From: an uncultured Gemmatimonadaceae bacterium
Lineage (GTDB): Bacteria > Gemmatimonadota > Gemmatimonadetes > Gemmatimonadales > Gemmatimonadaceae
Length of the DNA stretch: 64,000 nt
Assembly: GCA_963817955.1 (NCBI GenBank)
Contig: CAWFQK010000005.1
Location: 64,001-128,000, forward strand
Reading direction: 5' to 3'
In this document: piece after piece, positions 31,919-42,105 of the stretch
Layout of the letters: every line of letters begins with the position of its first letter
Numbering within the stretch: the stretch's first letter is position 1
Position numbers and translations under genes: made by a program
Notes under the pieces: model-generated
Told to the model about the DNA's origin: nothing
The model's database searches: none
Seen by the model: the letters and a program-made list of their open reading frames with translations, nothing else

Positions 31919-32579
31919 TCGTCATGGAACTCGTGTCGATGCAATCCGGATCATCTGGCGTCGGATCGCAGGCTGTGCCGGCGGCCACATTGTAGCCGCT
32001 GAAGTGTTTGACTCGACGTGAAACGCGCCCGGTAGCCGGATCACGATGCGTTGCGAGAGTCGGATCGAGAATCGCCTCATTGTAGCAACCCGATGTCGGC
32101 GTCTTGCAGTACAGGATGTTGTACGCCCCGTTCTGCGATGCGGCATGGTCGGTGAACGTCAACATCACCCATCCGGCCGGATCGGACGTCGGCACGAACC
32201 GCAGCGGCGTTGTGAAGTCGACGTGCGCGTGACCGGTATTGTCGAGCCACGCCTTGACCCAGACGCTGGTGATGCTTGTCGCCATCTGGCAGGGCTTGTC
32301 CCATTCCGTGGCCCCATACGTTGAAGTCACGGGATTGCACAGCGAGTGAGCCGGGATGTTGACGGTGTTTCCAGCGCCTAACCAGAACTGGTTATTCCGG
32401 TTCGGGTCGACCGGGATAACGAAACGAAGTGTGTCCCACCCAGTGAGCGATTCTGTCGCGCCGCCGCCAGTCACCTCCGGTACTTGTGAGGCTTCGCTCT
32501 TGGGTGCCACTGGTCCATCACTGCACGCGCCCAACAGTACGGCGACTGCGATCAGTCCAGCCCACCCTGTCTTAGTCAT
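31836..32579 (-). CDS. Lipoprotein with HFSGY (ZU5-like HFS) motif
   Basis: GGAGG RBS, lipobox LLGAC, three Cys pairs, RRVKHFSGYNVAAG near the C-terminus. Confidence 0.8.
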   Translation of the reverse strand: MTKTGWAGLIAVAVLLGACSDGPVAPKSEASQVPEVTGGGATESLTGWDTLRFVIPVDPNRNNQFWLGAGNTVNIPAHSLCNPVTSTYGATEWDKPCQMATSITSVWVKAWLDNTGHAHVDFTTPLRFVPTSDPAGWVMLTFTDHAASQNGAYNILYCKTPTSGCYNEAILDPTLATHRDPATGRVSRRVKHFSGYNVAAGTACDPTPDDPDCIDTSSMTNVINVKGLKLPSQTGTHPVLRDRPDPR

Positions 32580-32758
32580 CAAAGCCTCCGTCGGCAGTTG
32601 ATTGTGGTACAACGCAGCACTCGTTACGCGTCGGTGCCGCGTACACTGTGCGACTCGGATTATCGGCTGACGGCAGCGGCGTTTAATTTTTTCGCGAACT
32701 CTGCCACGAAACGTTCCAGACTGGAACGAACTGCATCAGGCCCAAGCCCCTGTACCGC

Positions 32759-33148
32759 ATGGACGCATCGAACGTCCCTGGACGTCCTTACACGTGCGTG
32801 TACGACGGCACGTGCGCCGTCTGCACGCGCTTCTCGCGCGTGCTGCGTAGGTGGGACCGGCACGGACAGATCGAGGTGGTTCCGTCGCAGGCGCCGGGGG
32901 TCGCGGCGCGCTTTCCCTGGATTTCCGCACGCGACTACGCCGAGGCGCTGCAGCTCATCGGCCCGGGCGGCCGTACTTGGCAGGGTGCGGAAGCAATCGA
33001 GAAGCTTCTCGAAGTGTTGCCGAACGGGAAGCTGGGGGGGTGGCTGTTCCGGATCCCGTTCGCGCGGACGTTCGCCGGTCGCTTCTATAAATGGTTTGCG
33101 CGCAACCGCTACAAGCTTGGTTGTGGCAAACACTGTCGGTCACGGTGA
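32759..33148 (+). CDS. DCC1-like (DUF393) thiol-disulfide oxidoreductase
   Basis: YDGTCAVC (DxxCxxC) and YKWFARNRY. Confidence 0.88.
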   Translation: MDASNVPGRPYTCVYDGTCAVCTRFSRVLRRWDRHGQIEVVPSQAPGVAARFPWISARDYAEALQLIGPGGRTWQGAEAIEKLLEVLPNGKLGGWLFRIPFARTFAGRFYKWFARNRYKLGCGKHCRSR

Positions 33149-33238
33149 GACACGTGTCCTGTTACATGGCCGACTCGTGTGTCGTCTTTTGCGTGCCTGG
33201 CGACGTTGCCTGCGCGTGCTTTCCGCGATCCCCGGTCG

Positions 33239-34321
33239 ATGTCAGTCTCAAAGAAACTCCTCTTCATTGTTGCGGTCGCGGCATGTACGCGCGCTCCGTC
33301 CGGCACCGTTACGTTCGGCGCGGCCGGCCCGTTCAGCCAGGCGTACGGCTTGGCCAATAAGCAGGGCATTCAGCTCGCCCTCGACGAGATCAACGCGTCG
33401 TGGGGCGCACAACGCCACCTCGAGATCATATTCGCCGACGATTCCGGGAATGGCGCGCGCGCCAGTACGATCGCGCAGGGCTTCGTGGACGACATGCGCA
33501 TCATGGCCGTTGTGGGGCATGTGAACTCCGGCGCCATGGTATCGGCCGCCCGCGTGTACGACACCCACCTCGCCGCCGTCGCGACCACCGCAACATCGCC
33601 GAGCCTCACCGGCATCTCACCCTGGGCGTTCCGGGTGATTCCGAGCGATTCCGCGAACGGCATGACGATCGCTCGCTTCGTCAACAAGCTTGGCCGCAAG
33701 CGGGCCGCGGTGCTCTACGAGAACAACGCATATGGACGGGGCCTCGCCGACAATTTCCGAGATAGTTTCGCCGGCCAGATCATCACGATTGATCCAATCG
33801 GCGAGAGCGCCGATCAGAACTTCGAGCCATATGTGAGCTGGTACAAACGCGAACACCCAGACGTGGTGTTCGTCGCCGGCACCGACGCAACGGGCCTCTC
33901 GTTTCTCAAGGAAGCGCGACGCCAGCAGCTCACCGCCGATCTCGTTGGGGGCGACGGCTGGCAGACGGTTGCGCCGAGTCCCCTCGCCGAGGGCGCATAC
34001 GTTGGCGCGCCGTTCAGCGCACAGGACCAGCGCCCCGAGGTACAGACATTCGTGGCTGCCTACAAGAAGCGATACAATACCACACCCGACGGCAACGCCG
34101 CGCTCGCGTATGATGCCACCAAGTTGTTGGCGAACGCGGTGGAGAAGGTTGGCGCGAACCGGAAGAAGATCCGCGATTATCTCGCGGGACTCACCGAGGC
34201 CGACGCATATCACGGCGTGACCGGGGTCATTCGCTTCCGCCCCGACGGAGATCCCGTCGGCAAAGGCATCGTGATAACGCGCGTGCATCAGGGCATGCTA
34301 CAGGTGGAGGCGAGCCAGTGA
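33239..34321 (+). CDS. LivJ/LivK-type periplasmic substrate-binding lipoprotein
   Basis: Lipobox [43 protein letters not shown]. Confidence 0.88.
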   Translation: MSVSKKLLFIVAVAACTRAPSGTVTFGAAGPFSQAYGLANKQGIQLALDEINASWGAQRHLEIIFADDSGNGARASTIAQGFVDDMRIMAVVGHVNSGAMVSAARVYDTHLAAVATTATSPSLTGISPWAFRVIPSDSANGMTIARFVNKLGRKRAAVLYENNAYGRGLADNFRDSFAGQIITIDPIGESADQNFEPYVSWYKREHPDVVFVAGTDATGLSFLKEARRQQLTADLVGGDGWQTVAPSPLAEGAYVGAPFSAQDQRPEVQTFVAAYKKRYNTTPDGNAALAYDATKLLANAVEKVGANRKKIRDYLAGLTEADAYHGVTGVIRFRPDGDPVGKGIVITRVHQGMLQVEASQ

Positions 34322-36027
34322 GCACCCTCGAGCGCCTCAAGCTGAAGACGATTCGCGGCCGCCTGTGGCTGGGCTTCGGCGTTCTCGTCGCGTTGCTCCT
34401 GGTCGCCGGTATCGTGGCACGTCGATCGTTCGCCGGAATGTCGGCGACGATCACGCAGTCGCTCACCGAGGTCCAGGCCGAAGCGCAGCTTTCCAGTCAG
34501 TTGTCAGCCGACGCAGCAAAGACCATCGAGGCGGGCGCCCGATATCTCGAGACGCGTGACAGCACGGCACAGAACGCCTTTCGTAAATTCGGCTGGGCGG
34601 CGCACGACATACAGCACCAGATGAATGAACGGCCGAACCAATCGGCCGGTGAAGTCGCGATGGTTGCGACGATCGACAACAAGTTGTCGGCGATGGAAGT
34701 GAGCTACGCGCTCGCGCATCGCCTGACTGATCTCGGGCGCATGGATGATGCGCGCAAAGCAGCGGCCCAGGCGCGCGGCTCGATTGACGATCTTCTCGAC
34801 AACATCGAACGGCTCGGCGCCTTGAAGGCGCAGAAGGTGGCGGTGGCCAAGCGGGAGCTCGCAGCGGAGGCCGATCGGCGTTCGAGCTGGCTGCTCCTGC
34901 TCATCGGCGCGGCCCTCGTGTTTGGGATTCTCGTGGTGATGTACACCGTGCGAGGCATTGGAGAGCCGCTCGACGCACTCGTACAGCACGCTCGGCGGCT
35001 GAGCGAGGGCGACCTCACGAGCCGCGCGCAGACCGACATGCCGGGCGAGTTCGCCATTCTCGCTTCGGCCATGAATCAGACTGGGGAATCGCTGTCGCGG
35101 GTTGTCGGGGTCGCGGCCCGCACGGCGGAGGAAGTCTCGAGCTCGGCGCACGACCTGGCATCCGTCTCGGAGCAGATCTCGCTCTCGGCCGGCCAGATGG
35201 CAAGCGCCATGACCGACGTCTCCCATGGCGCCGAAATCCAGGTGCAGCAACTCCGCACGGTAGACGAAACGCTTCAGGTGATTCGTGAAGCCGCCGACGG
35301 CGTGAAGAAGCGTTCAGCAGAGGTCACCGATCTGGCGCGCAGCATCGAAGGCGTTGCCCAGGCGAAACGTCTGGAGATCGATCGGGCACTTGGGATTCTC
35401 GTGGACGTGAAGCACAGCGTCGAGGGTGCGGCAGGGGAGATCCGCGCGCTCAATATCACGGTGACCGACATCAACCGCTTCGTGGTTTCCGTCGGCCAGA
35501 TTGCCGACCAGACGAATCTTCTGGCGCTCAATGCAGCGATCGAGGCGGCGCGCGCCGGCGATGCGGGCCGCGGATTTGCCGTGGTCGCCGACGAAGTGCG
35601 GAAACTGGCCGAGCAATCGCAGAAGGCCGCCGATGACATCGTCCAGATGACGGGCGCCGTCACGTCGCGCGTAACATCGAGCGCGCGCGCCATGGAGACA
35701 AGTGCCGGTCGTGTCGGCGAGATTGAAACGGTCTCGCGCGACATTGACGGTGCGCTCCACACGATTACCGAAGCAGCCAGACGGACCCGCATTGCCGCCG
35801 TCGGCGTGACCAGCGCCGCCGAAGCCAATGCCCACACCGTGATCAGCGTTGCGAGCAGTCTCGAGTCTATCGCCAGGACTGCCGAAAGCCACGCCGCGGC
35901 TGCCCAAGAGGTGAACGCGTCGACGCAGGAACAGTCGGCTGCCTGCGAACAGATGACGTCTGCCAGCAACGTGCTGCTGCACGGGTCGACGCAGCTGAAG
36001 GCGCTTGTCGGCGGCCTGAGGACGTGA
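34318..36027 (+). CDS. Methyl-accepting chemotaxis protein
   Basis: Two TM helices, [24 protein letters not shown]...[20 protein letters not shown] overlap with the binding protein. Confidence 0.95.
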   Translation: MSTLERLKLKTIRGRLWLGFGVLVALLLVAGIVARRSFAGMSATITQSLTEVQAEAQLSSQLSADAAKTIEAGARYLETRDSTAQNAFRKFGWAAHDIQHQMNERPNQSAGEVAMVATIDNKLSAMEVSYALAHRLTDLGRMDDARKAAAQARGSIDDLLDNIERLGALKAQKVAVAKRELAAEADRRSSWLLLLIGAALVFGILVVMYTVRGIGEPLDALVQHARRLSEGDLTSRAQTDMPGEFAILASAMNQTGESLSRVVGVAARTAEEVSSSAHDLASVSEQISLSAGQMASAMTDVSHGAEIQVQQLRTVDETLQVIREAADGVKKRSAEVTDLARSIEGVAQAKRLEIDRALGILVDVKHSVEGAAGEIRALNITVTDINRFVVSVGQIADQTNLLALNAAIEAARAGDAGRGFAVVADEVRKLAEQSQKAADDIVQMTGAVTSRVTSSARAMETSAGRVGEIETVSRDIDGALHTITEAARRTRIAAVGVTSAAEANAHTVISVASSLESIARTAESHAAAAQEVNASTQEQSAACEQMTSASNVLLHGSTQLKALVGGLRT

Positions 36028-36062
36028 GAGCGGCTCGACGTTACTGACCTTGGCGAAGGTCA

Positions 36063-36097
36063 GGGGGATGGGGGATGGGGGATGGGGGACGGGGGAC
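36063..36097. repeat. Heptamer repeat GGGGGA(T/C), 5 copies
   Basis: Read directly. Confidence 0.9.
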
Positions 36098-36130
36098 ACG
36101 CGACAACGGACCCCTGTCATTCTGAGCGAC

Positions 36131-36160
36131 CCTGTTATCCTGAGCGAAGCGAAGGATCTC
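36131..36160 (+). repeat. REP-like element, copy 1
   Basis: CCTGTTATCCTGAGCGAAGCGAAGGATCTC; 29/30 match to the inverted copy at 38146-38175; preceded by a partial duplicate. Confidence 0.85.
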
Positions 36161-36293
36161 TGCGAACGGCGGGCCGACGGGATGGCTGGTCGTGGCCAGG
36201 CAGGCGCAACGCGCCGGACTCAGTCTCAACGGTTCGCGCTGTTCCCGCCGCCAGCGCTGAACATCGGACAAAGCAGTATTTGAGAGGGGAGGA

Positions 36294-36327
36294 ACGCGAA
36301 CGGCCGCCCGAGGGCGGCCGTTCGCGT
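36294..36327 (-). terminator. Hairpin downstream of the minus-strand gene ending at 36361
   Basis: ACGCGAACGGCCGCCC-GA-GGGCGGCCGTTCGCGT. Confidence 0.65.
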
Positions 36328-36360
36328 GTACTGCGGGGTGTGACCTACTGGTGCGGCGTG

Positions 36361-36898
36361 TTACACCGCCGGCAACTGCGAGGCCGGAGGTGGTGGTGCT
36401 GCCGGCGGTGTTGCTGGCGCCGCCGTAGTGCCCTGCGTAGTGCCTTGCGTGGTACTGCCCTGCGTCGTGCCCTGCGTACTGCCCGGCGGCGTGGCATCCG
36501 CTGGTGCCGCGCTCGCGCGAGCGCCGATCTTGATGCCCGGCTTGCGCGCAACGCGCTTCGCCGTGGTCCAGGCCGCCTGCAGGCCGGCATCGGCGCCGAT
36601 CAACGGCAGCAGCAAGCCGTTGAGTACCGTGATGATGGTGCGACCACGCCGCTCCTCGGCCGCCAGCGATGCCGTCGCCCCGCTTCGGACCACGGTTTGC
36701 CCCGATCGCCCATCTATGACGTCCTGCAGCGCCTGCGCGGAGGCCTGCAACCGCGCGAGGAAATCCGCCGGAAGCCCGTTAGCCGTGAACACCGCCACGT
36801 GGCGCGCCGCGGCCTCGCCCATTGCTGCCGCCGCGGCGAGCAGTCGCGTCGTCGATGCGGCGGAGCGCTTCGAGCATACTACCTTCGTGGTATTTCAT
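36361..36898 (-). pseudogene. Helical hypothetical protein gene, apparently disrupted
   Basis: GGAGG-CCAC-ATG at 36898 gives MKYHEGSMLEALRRI... and stops after 39 aa; a protein-like body (TTRLLAAAAAMGEAA...) continues in another frame to TAA 36361. Confidence 0.55.
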
Positions 36899-36984
36899 GT
36901 GGCCTCCCGGCCAACGGGGCGCCGAAAGAGAGCTGCCCCCGACGGGCGCCCGACGCGCCGGGGTCGAAAAACGGGAACATCCGC

Positions 36985-38000
36985 CTCGAGCGGTTGCGGT
37001 GTGGTCTTGGGGAGTTGCGCTGTGGTCTTGAGGAGTTGCGATATCGTCTCGGAGAATTGGGGTGTCGTCTCAGAGAGTTGGGGTGCCGCCTCAGCGAGGT
37101 GAGGTGTCGTCTCGGAGAGTTGGGGGGCCGCCTCAGCGAGGTGGCGTGGCAGCTCGAGGCGTTGGGATCCCGTCTCAAGGCGTTGGGGTGCCCGCTCGAC
37201 GAGTTACGATCCCAGCTCGACGAGTTGGAGTGCTCTCTCGCCGCACTCCGATTGCGTCTCGGCGAGTTCGGATTCCAGCTCGACGCGCCGGGGTGCCGTC
37301 TCGCCGCGTTCCGATTGTGTCTCGACGAGTTGGAGTGCCGTCTCGCCGCGCTCCGATTGTGTCTCGACGAGTTGGAGTGCCGTCTCGCCGCGCTCCGATT
37401 GTGTCTCGACGAGTTGGAGTGCCGTCTCGCCGCGCTCCGATTGTGTCTCGGCGAGTTGGAGTGCCGTCTCGCCGCGCTCCGATTGTGTCTCGGCGAGTTG
37501 GGGTGCCGTCTCTGCACGCAAGAGAGCCGTCTCGCGGCGATGCGATGCGATCTCGACGCGATCGCATCCCTCCTCGGCAAGTTGCAATGCCTGCTCGGCA
37601 CGCGAGGATCCTGGCTCACCGCGCTGGGATCCTTGCTCGCCGCGTTACGATTCCGTCTCGACGCGCAACGATCCCTGCTTGATCCGTTGCGATTCCGTCT
37701 CGACGCGCAACGATCCTTGCTTGATCTGTTGGGATTCCGTCTGGGCAGGCGACGATCCCAGCTTGGCGCGTTGCGATCCTATCTTGGCGCGCGACGATCC
37801 CTGCTTGACGCGTTGCGATGCCATCTCGCCGCGTTAGGATCCCATCTCGACACGATCGAATCCCATCTCGACACGATCGAATCCCATCTCGACACGATCG
37901 AATTCCATCTCACCACGATCGATCCCGTCTCGACCCATTCGCATTCGAAGCGTGTCAGGATCGATCCCGTCTCGACCCATTCGCATTCGATGTGTGGCAC
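36985..38000. repeat. Degenerate 21-nt-period tandem array with near-exact 42-nt and 21-nt sub-arrays
   Basis: 42-mer CTCGACGAGTTGGAGTGCCGTCTCGCCGCGCTCCGATTGTGT at 37321/37363/37405/37447; 21-mer TCCCATCTCGACACGATCGAA x3 at 37840-37902. Confidence 0.92.
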
Positions 38001-38145
38001 GAGCGATCCCGTCTCGCGCCCGCTCGTCCCACATTGATCATAGTCCTATATATTAGTTCCGAAATTGGGGGGTCAGCGCAAGGGCCAATGTGACCGATTG
38101 GCCAAAACCGACATGTTTTGAGCGTTTCGGCGTTAGTAGATAGTA

Positions 38146-38175
38146 GAGATCCTTCGCTTCGCTCAGGATGACAGG
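38146..38175 (-). repeat. REP-like element, copy 2 (inverted)
   Basis: GAGATCCTTCGCTTCGCTCAGGATGACAGG. Confidence 0.85.
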
Positions 38176-38242
38176 CTTGCCGTGTCCCGTGTCTCTCTCC
38201 TCACCAGACCTTCGCGACGCTCGACATTCGGCCCTGGTGCCA

Positions 38243-38283
38243 AGGAAAAGGCCGGAGCGACGCACTCGCTCCGGCCTTTTCCT
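38243..38283. terminator. Intrinsic terminator (potentially bidirectional) after the M28 peptidase
   Basis: AGGAAAAGGCCGGAGCGA-CGCAC-TCGCTCCGGCCTTTTCCT. Confidence 0.8.
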
Positions 38284-38316
38284 CATTCGTGAACGTCTAG
38301 CGTCTCACTACGCCAC

Positions 38317-40107
38317 TTACTGCTGGCACCGCGCCTTCGGATCGCCGGCGGGCTTGTCGACTGCCGGCCGATGATCGAGATCGGCGACATACGTCCCGAG
38401 CTTGAACATGAAGTTGCCGATCTTCGCCATGTGCGGGTAGTCGATGTACTCCGGCTCATCCGTCACCTGGTGATAATCGCCGTGCAGACCGGTCGTGACG
38501 AACACGATCGGAATGCCATAGCGCGCATAATTGAAGTGATCGCTGCGGCAGTAAATGTTGTCCGGATGGCCGTTGGCATCGAACTGATAGTCGAGCTTGA
38601 ACGGCGCCTTTTCCTGGTTGTTGATCTTCTCGAAAATGTCACCGAGCTCCGTCGATACACGGCGTGAGCCGACAAGCTGCAAGTAGGTCGGCCCACCCTC
38701 GAACAGATCTGACGCCGCACCACGACCGACCATGTCCATGTTGAGCTGCGCGACAATCGACTCGCGCGGCACCGGCGGATGATCGGTCACGTACTGCGAG
38801 CCCCATAATCCCTTCTCTTCGGCAACGTGCCAGACGAAGAGTACCGACCGCTTCGTCTTCGGCTTGTCCTTCGCGAACCGCTCGGCGATCTCGAGGAGCG
38901 TCACCGTGCCCGAGCCGTCGTCGTCTGCACCGTTGCTGATCGAATCAATCCGAATACCGCCGTTCACCTTCCGCACGCTGTCGAGATTGATGTGGATCGC
39001 GGCGATCTGTGCGTTCAGCGAATCGAGGTGCGCCTGCTGGGCCGGCGCCGCCGGGCTGCAGTTCGCCTGCTGACGCCCGCCGCAAATCTTGTTCTGCAGA
39101 TTGAAGAGCGCGATGCGCTCGCGAATCGGATACGCCTGCTCGGCGTACAGGTGCAGCGAGTCGTGGTCGACACCGCCCGTTGCGCGGATGCCAATGTGGT
39201 CGTTGTGGGCGCCCATCGCCACCCATTCGTTCTTGAGCTTCGGGTCGCTGCCGATATACCCGGCGATGACGTTGCGCGCTGGCGCATCAGCGTCGATGAA
39301 CTTGATGTTGGCGCTCAGCGTTTTGCCGGCGGTACCGCGGGCCATTCCGGCGAGCGGTGCGCCAAGCAACTGCTCCGCGGCGTGCCGGGTAATCGTCACC
39401 GTCGGCGCCGTCGCGGGCTCTGCCGGGTCGGGCGTCAACTGGACGGCACCCTCCCGCGGATGCAACGCTGTGTTCACGAGCGCCGGCGTGAGTTGATCGA
39501 CAACCGTGATTGTCGCCGCTGGGCCATTCGCCCCAGCACCACGCCCCGGGCCCGCGCCCCCGCGCCCACCGCGCGCTCCACCTCGACCGCCACGCCCCGT
39601 GGCCGCCGGCTGCTCGTACAACACGATCTTGCCGTGCATCTGATCGGGTGTCAGCGCGTTCGTGGTGTCGCCGAGCACGCCACCGAACACGACCGGCGCC
39701 GATGCAAACGCCCCGACATTTCCACGGCCGGCGCTGGCCACGAAGTCCGTTCCCGCGTGCAACGTCACGCCATCAGCCGTGATCGTGGAATTCTGATCGA
39801 GCGACCGGCGAATCACCGGCACCTTCTGGAAATACGTGCCGTTGTCGCCCATTGGCTTGAGGCCAAGAGCCTTCAACTGCGCGGCGATATACGCAGTGGA
39901 CTTGACGTGTCCGCGCGTTCCAGTCTCACGGCCTTCCATGGAATCGGCCGCGTAGATGTACAGTCGGGTCTTCAAATCGGCCGCGGATATGGCTGCAGCC
40001 GTCGGTTGCGGAGTGTGCGTCCGCGGCTGTGACTTCGGATTTTGCGCGGCGGCAAGCGCCGGCAGTCCGAGCACCGCGGCGCCCAGGACATGAGAGAATC
40101 GCTTCAC
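38317..40107 (-). CDS. Secreted M28 family aminopeptidase
   Basis: Signal peptide [56 protein letters not shown]. Confidence 0.92.
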   Translation of the reverse strand: MKRFSHVLGAAVLGLPALAAAQNPKSQPRTHTPQPTAAAISAADLKTRLYIYAADSMEGRETGTRGHVKSTAYIAAQLKALGLKPMGDNGTYFQKVPVIRRSLDQNSTITADGVTLHAGTDFVASAGRGNVGAFASAPVVFGGVLGDTTNALTPDQMHGKIVLYEQPAATGRGGRGGARGGRGGAGPGRGAGANGPAATITVVDQLTPALVNTALHPREGAVQLTPDPAEPATAPTVTITRHAAEQLLGAPLAGMARGTAGKTLSANIKFIDADAPARNVIAGYIGSDPKLKNEWVAMGAHNDHIGIRATGGVDHDSLHLYAEQAYPIRERIALFNLQNKICGGRQQANCSPAAPAQQAHLDSLNAQIAAIHINLDSVRKVNGGIRIDSISNGADDDGSGTVTLLEIAERFAKDKPKTKRSVLFVWHVAEEKGLWGSQYVTDHPPVPRESIVAQLNMDMVGRGAASDLFEGGPTYLQLVGSRRVSTELGDIFEKINNQEKAPFKLDYQFDANGHPDNIYCRSDHFNYARYGIPIVFVTTGLHGDYHQVTDEPEYIDYPHMAKIGNFMFKLGTYVADLDHRPAVDKPAGDPKARCQQ

Positions 40108-40278
40108 GATGTACCCGTCGTATGAGGAGGGAGGGTCGTCTGACAGGATCAATCTATTTTCTGTACGCGGCTCGCGGAGGGGGTGCTGCATCATTCAGCC
40201 ATTGCGACACCCGGGCGGACCGTCGAGCTTCGAGTGACACCACGACCCGACCAACGCTTTCCGCCCCCAAAACGCTCC

Positions 40279-41400
40279 ATGCGCCTGGAAACTCTCGCCG
40301 TGCACGCCGGCCACGAGGTCGACCCCTCGACCGCTGCCGTCACTCCGCCAATTCATCTCTCGACGACCTATGCCCGCGAGGCCGATGGCTCCTATCGCGC
40401 CGGATTTCTCTATTCCCGATACGCGAATCCGAATCGCGCGGCGCTCGAGCAGTGTCTCGCGCTGCTCGAGGGAGGCGAAGCGGCAGCCGCGTTTTCGTCC
40501 GGTTCCGCGGCGACGATGACGCTCCTCCAAGCGATTGGACCCGGTTCCCACATCGTCGCGCCCGACGACGCGTACTTCGGCACCACCAAGCTGGTCCGCG
40601 ACGTCTTCGGCCCCTGGGGGGTGGAGCTGTCTGCCGTGGACATGACGGACCTGGCGAATGTGCGCGGAGCCATGCGCTCGAACACGAAACTCGTCTGGGT
40701 GGAAACTCCATCCAATCCGCTACTACAGGTAGTAGACATCGCGGCCATCGCCCAGATCGCACACGACGGCGGGGCAATCTGCGCGGTAGACAACACCTGG
40801 GGCACGCCAGTGCTTCAGCGGCCACTGGACATCGGGGCCGATGTCTCGATGCACGCAACCACCAAGTACCTCGGCGGTCACAGCGACGTGCTTGGCGGTG
40901 CGCTCGTTCACAAACGGAGCGACGAGCTGTTCCAGCGCGTGAACTCCATTCAGATGACGGGCGGCGCTGTGCCGTCGCCCTTCGACTGCTGGCTCACCAT
41001 GCGCGGTATCCGCACCCTTCCCTTGCGCGTGCAGGCACAGAGTGCCAGTGCGCTCCTACTGGCCGAATTCCTGGCCGGGCACCCACGCGTAGAAGCGGTG
41101 CACTATCCCGGGTTGCCGTCGCACGCCGCACACGACATCGCCGTGCGGCAGATGAGCGCCTTTGGTGGCATGCTGTCGGTTCAGGTCGGGCTCGACCGCG
41201 TCGAGTCGATACGCATCGCCAGCGCGCTCCAACTGTTTACACAGGCCACCAGCCTCGGTGGAACGGAGAGCCTCGTCGAACATCGCGCTTCTGTGGAAGG
41301 GCCGGGCACGCGCGCGCCAGAGAATCTGTTGCGCGTCTCGGTCGGCCTGGAGCACATCGAGGATCTGAAAGCCGACTTCGCGCAGGCGCTCGGCCACTAA
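40279..41400 (+). CDS. Cystathionine gamma-synthase/lyase family PLP enzyme
   Basis: [41 protein letters not shown]. Confidence 0.92.
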   Translation: MRLETLAVHAGHEVDPSTAAVTPPIHLSTTYAREADGSYRAGFLYSRYANPNRAALEQCLALLEGGEAAAAFSSGSAATMTLLQAIGPGSHIVAPDDAYFGTTKLVRDVFGPWGVELSAVDMTDLANVRGAMRSNTKLVWVETPSNPLLQVVDIAAIAQIAHDGGAICAVDNTWGTPVLQRPLDIGADVSMHATTKYLGGHSDVLGGALVHKRSDELFQRVNSIQMTGGAVPSPFDCWLTMRGIRTLPLRVQAQSASALLLAEFLAGHPRVEAVHYPGLPSHAAHDIAVRQMSAFGGMLSVQVGLDRVESIRIASALQLFTQATSLGGTESLVEHRASVEGPGTRAPENLLRVSVGLEHIEDLKADFAQALGH

Positions 41401-42098
41401 TGCCCGCCGGCGTCTTGCTCCTGAGCGGAGGCCTCGATTCGACGACATTGCTCGCAATCGCTCGACAGGATGGCTTCGACGTGCACGCACTCACCTTTCG
41501 GTACGGTCAGCGCCACGTCACAGAGATCGAGGCATCGCGCCGCGTGGCGTCGGAGTTTGGCGTACGCGACCACGTCGTGGTGGACATCGACCTGCGCACA
41601 TTCGGCGGCTCCGCGCTGACGAGCGACGTCGCCGTGCCGAAAGATCGCGACATGAGCGCCACCGCAGAGACCGGCATACCGATCACGTACGTGCCGGCGC
41701 GCAACACGATCTTTTTATCCTTCGCGCTCGCCTTCGCCGAGGTGCTCGAGGCACGCGACATCTTCATTGGCGTGAACGCGCTGGACTACTCCGGCTATCC
41801 AGACTGCCGGCCCGAGTACATCGCCGCGTACGAACGAATGGCGAACCTCGCGACGCGCGGCGGCGTGGAGGGCACGAGCCCGATTCAGATTCACACGCCA
41901 CTGATCGACCTCACGAAGGCGCAGATCATTCGCCGCGGCCTTGATCTTGGCGTGGACTATTCGATCACCCAGAGCTGTTACGACCCGGACGCTACCGGGG
42001 CGGCCTGCGGTCATTGCGATGCGTGCCAGCTTCGGCTCAAAGGGTTTGCCGAGGCCGGAGTGCCTGATCCCGGACGGTATATTTCGGGCAAGCGGTAG
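41400..42098 (+). CDS. queC: 7-cyano-7-deazaguanine synthase
   Basis: SGGLDS, YVPARN, YPDCR, SCY...CGHCDAC; TAATG coupling. Confidence 0.97.
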   Translation: MPAGVLLLSGGLDSTTLLAIARQDGFDVHALTFRYGQRHVTEIEASRRVASEFGVRDHVVVDIDLRTFGGSALTSDVAVPKDRDMSATAETGIPITYVPARNTIFLSFALAFAEVLEARDIFIGVNALDYSGYPDCRPEYIAAYERMANLATRGGVEGTSPIQIHTPLIDLTKAQIIRRGLDLGVDYSITQSCYDPDATGAACGHCDACQLRLKGFAEAGVPDPGRYISGKR

Positions 42099-42105
42099 AC
42101 GACAC

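Noticed and set aside
37293..37512. 42-bp repeats as a CRISPR array
   Set aside because: Head-to-tail copies without unique spacers
40029..41399. Long N-terminal extensions of QueC (and of CheB, 57470-58549)
   Set aside because: Alternative-frame overlap with real upstream genes; family motifs begin at 41400 and 58550
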